Source: Patescibacteria group bacterium
GTDB taxonomy: Bacteria; Patescibacteriota; Patescibacteriia; Magasanikbacterales; UBA922
DNA length: 64,000 nt
Direction: 5' to 3'
Assembly: GCA_018823045.1 (NCBI GenBank)
Contig: JAHJIX010000017.1
Location: 52,300 to 116,299, forward strand
Numbering within the stretch: position 1 is the stretch's first letter; the number at the start of each line of letters is the position of its first letter. Shown one piece after another: positions 25,695 through 34,927 of the stretch. The notes beneath the pieces were generated by a model, which had not been told where the DNA came from, searched no databases, and saw only the letters and a program-made list of their open reading frames with translations. The translations under genes were made by a program, and so were the position numbers.

Positions 25695-26789
25695 TTAAAT
25701 TGCAACCTTTTCCACCTCAATATCAAGCACCTCAGATCCGCGTAACACTTGAAATGTAATCGTACTTGTTCCGCTCGTTAAGATATCTTTTGCAATTGTT
25801 TGTGCGTGAAACGGACGACCTTGTACAGTCAAAATAACATCACCAATACGCAGTGTACTTTTTGCTAACTGATACGGCACAAAAGAAATATAAAATCCTT
25901 CTATTGCTGTTTGACTACCCTCTTCTGTTTGCATATATGAGACCACTTGCCCTTTTAGTGGAATTCCACTATAAGCAATCACTCCTTGATCAAATAAAGA
26001 AGCTAACTGTGTTGCCATATACCAAGAAGGAAGCAAAGTACCATCTTCGCGCATAAATCCAACAAATGCTCCACGGTCGGTAACCAGCGGCTGGTTAATC
26101 AATGCATCAATCTCTTTACCTGCATCAAGCTCTAATGCTTGTGTTTCTTGAGATAATACAATAGTATGTTGGTCAACCATTGGCACTGAAGAACCAATCG
26201 TTATCGGTGTTTCTGTATCAACGACACTCCACAAGATATTTCCAGGAGTAATTTCTTCCCAATCTGGAAAATGAACATCACCACGAAATCCTTCACCACG
26301 TAATTGTATATATAACACATCACTCATTGGATCTTGAATAACCGTTTCTACAGAAGCAATGTGTCCTTGATGATCAACCACTTCCATATATTGCTCCATA
26401 CCACGAGTGTATTGTGGAATCATCACTGTTGCCCATCCTTCATTACTCAAGACAATCGCATGCCCAAGCAAGGCATTTTTTGTATAATAGCCTCCAGATA
26501 ATTTTTCTCGTGTATCAAAAATTTGCACCATTCTTTGCGCTACTTGTTGCTGTACAAAAGAATCCAACTGTGGTGTTTCTTCTGTAACATGTGTATAATT
26601 TGAAGAAATAAATGGTTGATACATCATTGAAGGGTTTGGAACAACCCAGGCAATCGCAACCATTGTTGCCGCAAAACCACTCACAATAGCTAAAATAACA
26701 ACCATAAATACCCATGGAAGTGATTCATAGGTACGACGTAAACGAATATGACAAGCTTTTGGTGGTAAATGTGGCGGAAAATACTTCAT
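25695..26789 (-). CDS. Membrane-anchored PDZ-domain protein
   Basis: 364 aa. N-terminal TM (VFMVVILAIVSGFAATMVAIAWVV). C-terminal PDZ-like block (LRIGDVILTVQGRPFHAQTIAKDIL…ITFQVLRGSEVLDIEV). Confidence 0.45.
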   Translation of the reverse strand: MKYFPPHLPPKACHIRLRRTYESLPWVFMVVILAIVSGFAATMVAIAWVVPNPSMMYQPFISSNYTHVTEETPQLDSFVQQQVAQRMVQIFDTREKLSGGYYTKNALLGHAIVLSNEGWATVMIPQYTRGMEQYMEVVDHQGHIASVETVIQDPMSDVLYIQLRGEGFRGDVHFPDWEEITPGNILWSVVDTETPITIGSSVPMVDQHTIVLSQETQALELDAGKEIDALINQPLVTDRGAFVGFMREDGTLLPSWYMATQLASLFDQGVIAYSGIPLKGQVVSYMQTEEGSQTAIEGFYISFVPYQLAKSTLRIGDVILTVQGRPFHAQTIAKDILTSGTSTITFQVLRGSEVLDIEVEKVAI

Positions 26790-26816
26790 AACAATCTTTC
26801 TTTTTTAATCAATGTC

Positions 26817-27605
26817 TTACACCCAACGGACGAAGAGCCATAACAATAGCACAAACAAGACCACATTTGCAATAAGGAAGGCCTTTTGTTTTTCCCAAAG
26901 TACTCCACGACTGGTAAAATGAAAACGCGCAAGCAGCTGAAATACATACCATACCCATGTCACAAAAAATCCTAAAATTGGGTATCCAAAGGGTAATAAA
27001 TGCACGACCCAGATTAATTCCATGGTCACAACGCCCATAATAAGCATCCAAAAAAGAAAAGCTTTTACTTGGACACGAAAATACAAACGCCACATAAATA
27101 AAGACAGTACAGCAAACCACAGCCCACCTAACACGGTAAAAAGTAGTGGCAAACGTGGTGATGAAGTAAATGAAGAGAGCGCAAAAAAGAATGTTATGAG
27201 CGCATAGGCATCAAAAGCAAGCACCATAGAGGCAAAACGCCGAAAAGGCTTTTCACTCTTCCACCCCGCATCAATGCGCACTATCCCCCATCCATAGAGC
27301 GCTCCTACAATGGCAGCAATGACAACTATTAATACAAAACGAATTTGCGCACGCTCAACAACAGATAATAAACTAAATAAAGAAAAAACAGTCACCAATA
27401 TATATGCAAGCAATGGATACTTCCATCCAAAACGAATATCAATATACCAATATGCTAAAATAAGCAACACAAGCCAAGATACCATGACTGGAAAAAAGAC
27501 AGCTAATGATGGAAATTGATGCACAGTAAATAACGCGGCAGCACTCAACGCCCCTATAATGGCTCCAATATGTGTAGGTGATTGCATAAACAGTCTTTGT
27601 AACAT
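26817..27605 (-). CDS. Polytopic integral membrane protein, hypothetical
   Basis: 262 aa, ~8 hydrophobic helices. Confidence 0.4.
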   Translation of the reverse strand: MLQRLFMQSPTHIGAIIGALSAAALFTVHQFPSLAVFFPVMVSWLVLLILAYWYIDIRFGWKYPLLAYILVTVFSLFSLLSVVERAQIRFVLIVVIAAIVGALYGWGIVRIDAGWKSEKPFRRFASMVLAFDAYALITFFFALSSFTSSPRLPLLFTVLGGLWFAVLSLFMWRLYFRVQVKAFLFWMLIMGVVTMELIWVVHLLPFGYPILGFFVTWVWYVFQLLARFHFTSRGVLWEKQKAFLIANVVLFVLLLWLFVRWV

Positions 27606-27701
27606 ACAAAGGAAACATTTTCCCCTTGTAAAAATAATCTAAGTATAGTATACAATATTGACTATATATAGTACAATGTATACAGGAAATAATCAAGTAA
27701 A

Positions 27702-28154
27702 TTGTATATGCCTACTCTTGCCAAAAACAAAAAAGCATTTTTTGACTATACGATCCTCGAGAAATTTGAGGCGGGTTTAGTATTGACCGGGCAAGAAGTA
27801 AAATCGCTACGTACAGGCAATATTCGCCTTACTGGGGCCTATGTGACTTTTCACAAAGATAGCCCACAATTAACCAATGTACATATTCCACTGTATAAAT
27901 ACGCAAGCCCAAAAGAAGAATACGATCCTGAACGATCACGGGCGCTCTTATTAAAGAAAAAAGAAATAGCTTATTTAAGAGGAAAAACACAAGAAAAAGG
28001 CTTGACAATAGTGCCACTTTCAGTATATACTAAAGGACGAAAAATAAAGATAGAAATCGGTATTGCTCAAGGAAAAAAACAATACGACAAACGACGTGCA
28101 ATCCAAAAAAGAGATCAGCAACGAGAAGATCGACGAATGATGAAAGAAATGTAA
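27702..28154 (+). CDS. smpB: SsrA-binding protein SmpB
   Basis: 150 aa. KKAFFDYTILEKFEAGLVLTGQEVKSLRTGNIRLTGAYV matches SmpB (NRKARHDY…E-EAGI-L-GTEVKSLR). Confidence 0.85.
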   Translation: MYMPTLAKNKKAFFDYTILEKFEAGLVLTGQEVKSLRTGNIRLTGAYVTFHKDSPQLTNVHIPLYKYASPKEEYDPERSRALLLKKKEIAYLRGKTQEKGLTIVPLSVYTKGRKIKIEIGIAQGKKQYDKRRAIQKRDQQREDRRMMKEM

Positions 28155-28282
28155 CTTTTTTCAAAAAGTTCCTTACAATTTTACCCATACAATAAAGCAC
28201 TTGTCCTTGCGAAAAAAGACATAAGCTCTGCCACCATTCTCATGTAAATATATTGCATACGATTGTTTTGTGGCAACAGCCG

Positions 28283-28314
28283 GTCACGTAAAAGCCCTAC
28301 CGGGCTCACGTGAC
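28283..28314. repeat. 31-bp hairpin motif GTCACGTAAAAGC…GCTCACGTGAC (inverse orientation of the motif found downstream of ssrA)
   Basis: Its arms are the reverse complements of GTCACGTGAGC / GCTTTTACGTGAC at 28788-28818 and 28893-28923. Confidence 0.6.
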
Positions 28315-28342
28315 GCTCAAAAAAGCTTACGCTTTTTTTCGC

Positions 28343-28760
28343 GGGGATGACAGGCTTCGATAGACGGCAACGTTATCTATGTATGCATACCAAGAGTGTC
28401 ATCTCTTGTAAATCAATGACAAATCGATACGTGTAAACGTTATCAGTCGAGTAAAAGGCGCTATTGCTAACGCATTTAGCATGCCACAACTCGCATCTGT
28501 TGTTGCCTAAATAAGGCTAAACGACCATCGCCATGAAGATACTCGCTATTCATATCCGCGGTGTCAACCATACAGAGTTCGTCTCTGTGAGCGAGCGTAG
28601 AATATATGTGCTGACTGACGCGTATATTTGAACTTCCATCAGTATGTAGTGTGTTTCTTTTTGATATTTTTAAAAAAGCACATGAACCAACAAAATATCT
28701 ATGTATGTAGAGTACCTAGCTAACCCGATCTAGACCCGGGTTCAATTCCCGGCATCTCCA
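28343..28760 (+). ncRNA. ssrA: tmRNA (ssrA)
   Basis: 5' end GGGGAUGACAGGCUUCGAUAGACGG matches the tmRNA 5' consensus (GGGGxUGA…GGxUUCGA…ACGG). 3' end GACCCGGGUUCAAUUCCCGGCAUCUCCA has a T-arm and an acceptor 3' strand complementary to the 5' GGGGAUG, with the G3·U pair. It lies immediately downstream of smpB. A candidate tag frame ends …GCA UCU GUU GUU GCC UAA-A-UAA (28496-28512). Confidence 0.75.
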
Positions 28761-28785
28761 CGAAAAATGGCGCTAGCTATTTTTC

Positions 28786-28974
28786 GTGTCACGTGAGCAC
28801 GAAGTGCTTTTACGTGACCAGTATAAACATACCCGTCCTAGCACGGCGCCATCTCGTGGCGAGCCAATCAAAATGATACAGCAATATTAAGTGTCACGTG
28901 AGCACGAAGTGCTTTTACGTGACCAGTATAAACATACCCGTCCTAGCACGGCGCCATCTCGTGGCGAGCCAATC
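28786..28974. repeat. Tandem direct repeat, 2 × 84 bp separated by 21 bp, each starting with a GTCACGTGAGCACGAAGTGCTTTTACGTGAC hairpin
   Basis: Copies at 28786-28869 and 28891-28974 are identical by eye. They lie immediately 3' of ssrA and 5' of a GIY-YIG gene. Confidence 0.85.
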
Positions 28975-29002
28975 CAACACAAAACAATAAGGAGGAACAC
29001 AT

Positions 29003-29260
29003 ATGTATATTATCTATTTTCTAGAGTCTATCCAAGATAATACAAGACATTATATTGGATATACAACAAATCTAACACAACGCATAAAAACACATAACAA
29101 CGGTTCTGTTTCTTCAACAAAAAGATATAGACCCTGGAAAATAATCTATGCAGAAGCATATATACACCAACAAGATGCACGTGGAAGAGAAAAATTCCTT
29201 AAAAGTGGATCTGGATGGAAATACTTAAAAAAACAGCTAACACATCACTTTAACACTTAG
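29003..29260 (+). CDS. GIY-YIG nuclease family protein (second small YhbQ-like paralog)
   Basis: 85 aa. MYIIYFLESIQDNTRHYIGYTTNLTQRIKTHN (GIY…YIG, R, E/H). Strong SD AAGGAGG 8 nt upstream. Confidence 0.7.
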   Translation: MYIIYFLESIQDNTRHYIGYTTNLTQRIKTHNNGSVSSTKRYRPWKIIYAEAYIHQQDARGREKFLKSGSGWKYLKKQLTHHFNT

Positions 29261-29264
29261 ATCT

Positions 29265-29813
29265 ATGCGAATATCCCGAAAAAAACGCCCAAAGAAATCC
29301 CTAGTCCCTCGTTATAACCTGAATCACAGTATTACAGCAAAAGAAGTACGTGTGCTTGGGGCTGATGGATCAAATGTTGGTGTTATGACTCTATCAGCTG
29401 CGATTTCAATGGCAAAAGACCTAGAACTCGATTTGGTAGAAATTAACCCAAAAGCACTCCCTCCTGTAACACAAATCCTTGATTTCAAGCATTTCAAATA
29501 CCAAAAAGAAAAAGAAATGCGAAAACAAAAAAATAATTCTCATGTAAGCGATATAAAAGGAATTCGCCTTTCTATGCGTATTGGTGCAGGTGATATGGAA
29601 ACACGAAAAAATCAAGCAGTAAAATTTCTTGATCGTGGTGATAAAGTAAAGGTTGAAATCATCCTTCGTGGTGCAGAAAGATACAAAACTCCCCTTGCAT
29701 TTGACGTTATTGGTAAATTTTACACCTTATTACATGAAGAAATGAACGTAAAATACGAACAAGAAGCCCTTCGTCAAGGAAACAAAATTACAGCAATTAT
29801 TATAAAATCATAG
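29265..29813 (+). CDS. infC: Translation initiation factor IF-3
   Basis: 182 aa. N-domain ITAKEVRVLGADGSNVGVMTLSAAISMAKDLELDLVEINPKALPPV and C-domain VKVEIILRGAERYKTPLAFDVIGKF are IF-3 hallmarks. Confidence 0.85.
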   Translation: MRISRKKRPKKSLVPRYNLNHSITAKEVRVLGADGSNVGVMTLSAAISMAKDLELDLVEINPKALPPVTQILDFKHFKYQKEKEMRKQKNNSHVSDIKGIRLSMRIGAGDMETRKNQAVKFLDRGDKVKVEIILRGAERYKTPLAFDVIGKFYTLLHEEMNVKYEQEALRQGNKITAIIIKS

Positions 29814-29889
29814 AATAGTGCACAGCCTCCTATTGACTTAATGGCGAGATATAGTGTATACTTCCTGCGTCTTATCTAAGAAAAATTGT

Positions 29890-30105
29890 ATGCCAAAAAT
29901 AAAAACACACAAGGCAACAGCAAAGCGATTTCGCGCAACCAAGCCAAAAGACAAAGCTAAAGTTAAATTCATGCACGCAACTGGTGGACGTGGACACTTT
30001 AATGGAAAAGAGAGTGGCAATACGGGAACAGCGAAAAGAACTGATGCTAGCGCAGTACGCGCAGATGTTTCAACTATTAAACGATCTATGCCGTACGCTG
30101 CATAA
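29890..30105 (+). CDS. rpmI: 50S ribosomal protein L35
   Basis: MPKIKTHKATAKRFRATKPKDKAKVKFMHATGG… The start is taken at the internal Met of the ORF-track frame. Confidence 0.8.
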   Translation: MPKIKTHKATAKRFRATKPKDKAKVKFMHATGGRGHFNGKESGNTGTAKRTDASAVRADVSTIKRSMPYAA

Positions 30106-30119
30106 TTAATGAAGAATAT

Positions 30120-30464
30120 ATGCCTAGAGTAAAACGTGGTTTAGGACACTTAAAGAAACGCCGTTCACTCATGAAACGAGTAAAAGGATTTCGTGGTGGC
30201 CTCAGAAAATTACAAAAACAAGCAAAAACAGCTGATACACGTGCCGGAATGCATGCATACCGTGATCGTCGTGTAAAAAAACGTCTCTTCCGCCGTCTAT
30301 GGCAAGTACGTATCAATGCAGCTATACGTAACTACGATATGAGTTACAGTGCTTTCATGGGTAAACTCAAAGAAAAACAAGTTGGTTTAAACAGAAAAAT
30401 GCTTTCAGAAGTAGCAGCATCAAAACCAGAAGTGTTTAAAAAAATTATAGAGTTTGTCAAATAA
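30120..30464 (+). CDS. rplT: 50S ribosomal protein L20
   Basis: MPRVKRGLGHLKKRRSLMKRVKGFRGG…RDRRVKKRLFRRLWQVRINAA. Canonical L20. Confidence 0.9.
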   Translation: MPRVKRGLGHLKKRRSLMKRVKGFRGGLRKLQKQAKTADTRAGMHAYRDRRVKKRLFRRLWQVRINAAIRNYDMSYSAFMGKLKEKQVGLNRKMLSEVAASKPEVFKKIIEFVK

Positions 30465-30684
30465 TTATCAAAAAAACTCTCTATATTGATATATAATTAG
30501 AGAGTTTTTTTATACACTAAAAAAATAGACCACCTTTTTAACATATTGGATATAACAGATCATTGTTTATATAATACATATAATTATCCACAACACATAT
30601 ATTAAACAAAGGGGTCCCCTACTTGACAAAATGCTCATAAACTGTTATACTGGGGCATCATCAAAAATGGAAATGGTCAATATC

Positions 30685-30935
30685 ATGTTCGCACATGAGC
30701 AGGAGCACCCCCTCCTTTGCTCCTTTGCTCTGTGTGAACATCATGTTGATCAATACAATCAAACAAAGGTCTCGAGAATGTTCGCACATGAGCAGGAGCA
30801 CCCCCTCCTTTGCTCCTTTGCTCTGTGTGAACATTCTCGAGATCTATAACAATAAATGCCCACTGTATGTTCGTACATGAGCAGGAGCACCCCCTCCTTT
30901 GCTCCTTTGCTCTGTACGAACATACAGTGGGTTTT
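30685..30935 (+). repeat. Three tandem copies of a 57-bp hairpin-forming element (ATGTTCGCACATGAGCAGGAGCACCCCCTCCTTTGCTCCTTTGCTCTGTGTGAACAT). The third is extended and followed by T7, acting as the rplT operon terminator.
   Basis: Copies at 30685-30741, 30778-30834, 30867-30923, with spacers of 36 and 32 bp bounded by TCTCGAGA. The last copy sits in the stem CCCACTGTATGTTCG…CGAACATACAGTGGG + TTTTTTT. Confidence 0.8.
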
Positions 30936-31222
30936 TTTATACCCATAAAAACCTTGACAATTCTATCATATTCTAGTATCATATGCTTGTAATTTGTTAG
31001 CAAAATATATGGGACTTCGAAAGAAAAACAACCAAAAAAGATACCAACAACGATTGATTGCAAAAGCAAAAAGAAATATCAAAAAATTGAACCGTCTTGC
31101 AAAAGCAAAAACTCCCGGTCAAACACTTCACGATACAATGCATAGAAGAAAAGAGGCATAATCACTTTGCAAAAAAATAAATATATGATATACTCTTATC
31201 TATAATAAGATAAGAGGTTACT

Positions 31223-31296
31223 GGATCGGTAGTTCAACTGGTTAGAGCACCGCCCTGTCACGGCGGAAGTTGCGGGTTCGAGTCCCGTCCGGTCCG
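31223..31296 (+). tRNA. tRNA-Asp (anticodon GUC)
   Basis: Cloverleaf: acceptor GGATCGG/CCGGTCC; D-arm GTTCAACTGGTTAGAGC; anticodon loop CTGTCAC; T-arm GCGGGTTCGAGTCCCGT; discriminator G. CCA is not encoded. Confidence 0.85.
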
Positions 31297-32847
31297 CTCA
31301 ACGGAAGGCAAAGCACCCGAAAGGGTGTTTTTTGCTTTTGTTAAGCTATTTTCTGAAGTTCTAAAGCTTGTATTACGTTTCATTATCATTTCGAACGGTT
31401 TTCTATACTCTATAACTAATTTCTTATCGATAAGCTGACAGTTCGAAAGTAAATATCCAAGTAGCTCCCTTTTCTCTTCATCATTAGCCATACGGTATAA
31501 TTTAGAAGCCTTATGAGCTAATTCTAATATACCTGAACCATAACGATAATAATCAATATCAGCTTGCGTATAATTTGAAATACGACTATCTAAATCTGTT
31601 ACCTGCTCCGTATACTCATTAAATTTTCTATTATAAAAATCCTCAGTAATATTATTATCTAACTTATCCTCATAAAGTCTATCGAGACGTGTCATTAGTT
31701 TTATCTTTCTATCCTCTAATCGTTTACGTTCTCTATCCGTTGTATCACGTTTAATATCCAATGAATCTTTTAATGCTTCGGTAATATAGTCAACGGTATC
31801 TTTTGGCAATTCAATATCTTTTAATGCTTGCTCTATCTGCTCGTTAATAGCATTCTCATTAACTGGCTTTTGTGAACACTCACTCTTATATTTTGTACAA
31901 CGATAATAAACATACTCCTTACCTGAACTCTTTGTTTTCTTATCTCCCGTAACAGTTCTATGACACTCTCCACACTCAAGTAACCCTTTAAATGTAAAGT
32001 GCCTAGTCCCCCATTTGGCTTGCTTTCCTCTATTTTCTCGACTATCCAGTATATCTTGTACATTCTTCCATAATACTTTATTGATAATCGGCTCATGTAC
32101 TCCTACATGAATTTTATCTTTCCAAATGAAATCACCGTAATAAATAGGATTACGTAAAATCCTTTGAACAGAGCTTTTACTTATTTTTTTTAGTTTAGAG
32201 CTTCTCGGAAAATTTTCAGGTATAACAATACCCTCCTTATACAATTCATCAATAAGACTCTTCAAAGAATATCTACCAGTAGCAAATCTCTCAAACATAG
32301 CTATTACTAAATCTCTATTCAATTCATCTACTACAGGACCCGCCTTATCGGCTATCTTCCCCATCTTGTAACCTAACGGGGGCATACTACAAGGATATAT
32401 TCCCTGCTCTGCTTTTTGTTTGAGTCCTTTCTTTACTTCTTCACTCAAATTATCTACATAGTTTTTTGCCATCAAGACCTTAATTCCATGCATGAACTTT
32501 TGATGAGAAGAGGCTTCTTTTCCAATAACTTCATTTTCTTTAACCAAAAAAACCGTAACATCAAGCTCGTCTATCAAAACGTAATCTTTAAAGTTACGGT
32601 ATAGTCTATCCGTCTTTTCGACAAGAATTGTATTTACATCTTTGTGTGACTTTACATAGTCCACCATTGCCCCAAAATTGCTCCTACCGGAACTTTTAGC
32701 CGTCTCATCGTCCTCAAACTCCTGTACTATACTAAAGCCATTCTGACGTGCAAATTCTTTAAGTAACTTCCTCTGAGCAGGTATTGAATACCCCTCTTGT
32801 TTTTGTTCACGAGAAGATACACGTACGTAAATGACGGCTTTTTTCAT
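31258..32847 (-). CDS. Large serine recombinase (resolvase domain + recombinase domain + zinc ribbon)
   Basis: 529 aa. Begins [12 protein letters not shown]…GYSIPAQ (catalytic Ser motif) and has a Cys-rich zinc ribbon (CGECHRTV…[11 protein letters not shown]). The ORF's last ~13 codons overlap tRNA-Asp (31258-31296), so the real stop may differ. Confidence 0.75.
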   Translation of the reverse strand: MKKAVIYVRVSSREQKQEGYSIPAQRKLLKEFARQNGFSIVQEFEDDETAKSSGRSNFGAMVDYVKSHKDVNTILVEKTDRLYRNFKDYVLIDELDVTVFLVKENEVIGKEASSHQKFMHGIKVLMAKNYVDNLSEEVKKGLKQKAEQGIYPCSMPPLGYKMGKIADKAGPVVDELNRDLVIAMFERFATGRYSLKSLIDELYKEGIVIPENFPRSSKLKKISKSSVQRILRNPIYYGDFIWKDKIHVGVHEPIINKVLWKNVQDILDSRENRGKQAKWGTRHFTFKGLLECGECHRTVTGDKKTKSSGKEYVYYRCTKYKSECSQKPVNENAINEQIEQALKDIELPKDTVDYITEALKDSLDIKRDTTDRERKRLEDRKIKLMTRLDRLYEDKLDNNITEDFYNRKFNEYTEQVTDLDSRISNYTQADIDYYRYGSGILELAHKASKLYRMANDEEKRELLGYLLSNCQLIDKKLVIEYRKPFEMIMKRNTSFRTSENSLTKAKNTLSGALPSVERTGRDSNPQLPP

Positions 32848-33023
32848 ACTTTAGTCTTCTCTAAAAAATCAGCAAAATCTTCTGTGGAAATCCTAAACTC
32901 CTTACCTAACTTATTAGCTTTTAGCTTACCCGCTTCTATATATCTATAAACTGTCATCTTTGAAATTCTTAATTTGCTTGCTATTTCTTCAACTAAATAA
33001 AAATCTTTATCTATTTCTTTCAT
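32844..33023 (-). CDS. Small helix-turn-helix DNA-binding protein (excisionase/AlpA-like), overlapping recombinase start by 4 nt
   Basis: Manual translation: [59 protein letters not shown] (59 aa). HTH is EIASKLRISKMTVYRYIEAG. Below the ORF-track size cut-off. Confidence 0.55.
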   Translation of the reverse strand: MKEIDKDFYLVEEIASKLRISKMTVYRYIEAGKLKANKLGKEFRISTEDFADFLEKTKV

Positions 33024-33031
33024 AAACTAAA

Positions 33032-33955
33032 TTAAGTAGATAAAACTTTCTCAATTTTTTTTGCTATAGCTCGTATTACAGGTACAGCAACACTATTCCC
33101 AAATTGTTTATAACACTGTACATTACTAACAGTTAATACAAAATCTTTGGGAAATCCTTGTAGTCGAGAAGCTTCTCTTGGAGTAATCTTTCGAGGATTT
33201 TTATTTTTTTGTCTAATCAAAATTTCAGAACCATCTTTATAATACCTAGCTGACATAGTACTTGTATATGCAGAATTGGCATCAAATAGACTATATCCAA
33301 ATCCATTACCCTTTAATTTATGAGCTTCCTTTCTTCTTTTATGACCTGCCCACAATTTATCTGATATTGTATATTTTTCATCAACTTTTTCTTCTAAAAT
33401 ATCTCCTAATTTAACTTTTTTGTATGAAGGAGTTGGAAAAACAAATTCGTTATAATTTTTTACTTTCTTTTTATTAAATGCAATTATATATATTCTCTCT
33501 CTATTTTGAGGTACACCGAAGTCTTTAGCATTAAATATCTTATCAAAAACATGATAATCTAGTTTTTCTAAACTTTCTTTTACTATCTTAAAGGTATTCC
33601 CCTTATCATGTGATTTAAACCCTTTAACATTTTCTAAAAAAACTAGCTCAGGTTTATGATAAGCAATTATTTTTTCAATATAAAAAAACAATGTCCCTCT
33701 AGTATCTTGAAAGCCCTTTTTAAGACCAGCATTAGAAAAAGGCTGACAAGGAAATCCCGCAAGAATTATATTATGTTTAGGTATATCAGCAACCTTAATT
33801 TTAGTTATATCTCCATCGGGACACTCACCAAAGTTATCTTTATATGTTTGTTGAGAAAACTTATCCCACTCAGAAGTAAATACACAGTTATAACCAATTT
33901 CATCAAATGGAATTCTAATTCCACCAATGCCTGCAAATAAATCAATAAATTTCAT
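33032..33955 (-). CDS. DNA (cytosine-5)-methyltransferase
   Basis: Motif I DLFAGIGG, motif IV GFPCQPFS, motif VI ENVKG, motif VIII QNRERIYII. The start is taken at the Met of MKFIDLFAGIGG (the ORF-track frame extends to 34012). Confidence 0.8.
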   Translation of the reverse strand: MKFIDLFAGIGGIRIPFDEIGYNCVFTSEWDKFSQQTYKDNFGECPDGDITKIKVADIPKHNIILAGFPCQPFSNAGLKKGFQDTRGTLFFYIEKIIAYHKPELVFLENVKGFKSHDKGNTFKIVKESLEKLDYHVFDKIFNAKDFGVPQNRERIYIIAFNKKKVKNYNEFVFPTPSYKKVKLGDILEEKVDEKYTISDKLWAGHKRRKEAHKLKGNGFGYSLFDANSAYTSTMSARYYKDGSEILIRQKNKNPRKITPREASRLQGFPKDFVLTVSNVQCYKQFGNSVAVPVIRAIAKKIEKVLST

Positions 33956-33959
33956 ATTT

Positions 33960-34847
33960 TTATTTCCAATAATCAAGATATTTAGGAATTTCTTCAAAGA
34001 AATATTCTTCAAAACTAATTATATTTTTGCAGTCCAACAAACTGTCACTATCTGCCAATTCTTTTGAAGTCACAATAACTATATTATGCATACCCATTTC
34101 TTTTGCTTTACTACCCGCAATATGAGTATCAACCGTTAATAAATGAATTTCAGGTATTTTTGTACGTTCAATTTCTTCTGCTACTTCCTGCCATCTTTCT
34201 CTAAGACTTGTTTTCATCGTCCCTATAATAGTTTTGTTTCTTCTTCGCTTGAATTCTTCTATACTTGGTAAAACAGAATCAACTTTTTTACCAAGTCCCA
34301 CAGACTCAAACACCTTTCTTCCAACTTTTCCTTGAGAATCAAATGGATAATCTAAAATATCATATATTTTATATATAATAGCTTCAAATGTTCTACCTGA
34401 CCTCGATCTTCGTGAATTAGTATTACTTAAAGAAAGCATATATACATATGGAGCAACTCGTCCAGCATATTCTCCACATACACTATAGATAGCAACCTTT
34501 AATTCTTCACCCGTCTTATTAACAATCTCACTAGTAACTAAAAAGTCTAAAATTTTCTTAGGTGTTTCAATTCTTTTATGTAAATCCTTTAAAAGTGTTG
34601 CATTAAACTCTGCCTCCTCTTTCAAAAATAAATTATAAGCACGCTCTCTTACCTCTAATATTACCTTAGACACATCTTTATGCTCTATGATCTCTTTTGA
34701 ATAATTACCTTCATCAAAAACCTGAGCAACAAATTCATCAGATGTTCTTATAGATTCTTTTCTTGTCTTTTTTATTAAATTAGCAAATATTTCCTTCTCT
34801 GATTCAGGAACATCAATCAAACTCCTAATATCCTTATTTACATCCAT
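33960..34847 (-). CDS. Putative type II restriction endonuclease partner of the m5C MTase
   Basis: 295-aa ORF immediately upstream and co-directional with the MTase (gap of a few nt). No recognisable family motif by eye. The call rests on the R-M context only. Confidence 0.4.
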   Translation of the reverse strand: MDVNKDIRSLIDVPESEKEIFANLIKKTRKESIRTSDEFVAQVFDEGNYSKEIIEHKDVSKVILEVRERAYNLFLKEEAEFNATLLKDLHKRIETPKKILDFLVTSEIVNKTGEELKVAIYSVCGEYAGRVAPYVYMLSLSNTNSRRSRSGRTFEAIIYKIYDILDYPFDSQGKVGRKVFESVGLGKKVDSVLPSIEEFKRRRNKTIIGTMKTSLRERWQEVAEEIERTKIPEIHLLTVDTHIAGSKAKEMGMHNIVIVTSKELADSDSLLDCKNIISFEEYFFEEIPKYLDYWK

Positions 34848-34927
34848 ACTTATATTTATAAAACTTATTGATACAATATTATAATATCTACTATATCATA
34901 CTTTACAATGGTTAACAATTAGTCCTA

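Noticed and set aside
28700-28760. tRNA-like T-arm/acceptor segment (GGGTTCAATTCCCGGCATCTCCA) considered as a standalone tRNA
   Set aside because: No D-arm or anticodon arm lies within 90 nt upstream. The complementary 5' acceptor strand GGGGATG lies 410 nt upstream with tmRNA-type 5' consensus, and smpB is adjacent. It was called as the 3' end of tmRNA.
30685-30935. Possible CRISPR array (three regularly spaced repeats)
   Set aside because: The repeat unit is 57 bp and itself a long palindrome, there are only 3 copies, the spacers share identical TCTCGAGA ends, no cas genes are nearby, and the last copy is clearly the rplT terminator. It was treated as a hairpin repeat and not as a CRISPR array.
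31008-31161. 50-codon very basic ORF (MGLRKKNNQKRYQQRLIAKAKRNIKKLNRLAKAKTPGQTLHDTMHRRKEA) just upstream of tRNA-Asp
   Set aside because: It could be a small ribosomal-protein-like or nucleic-acid-binding peptide, but it has no recognisable family match by eye, no clear SD, and could equally be chance in the AT-rich leader of the tRNA. Left unannotated.
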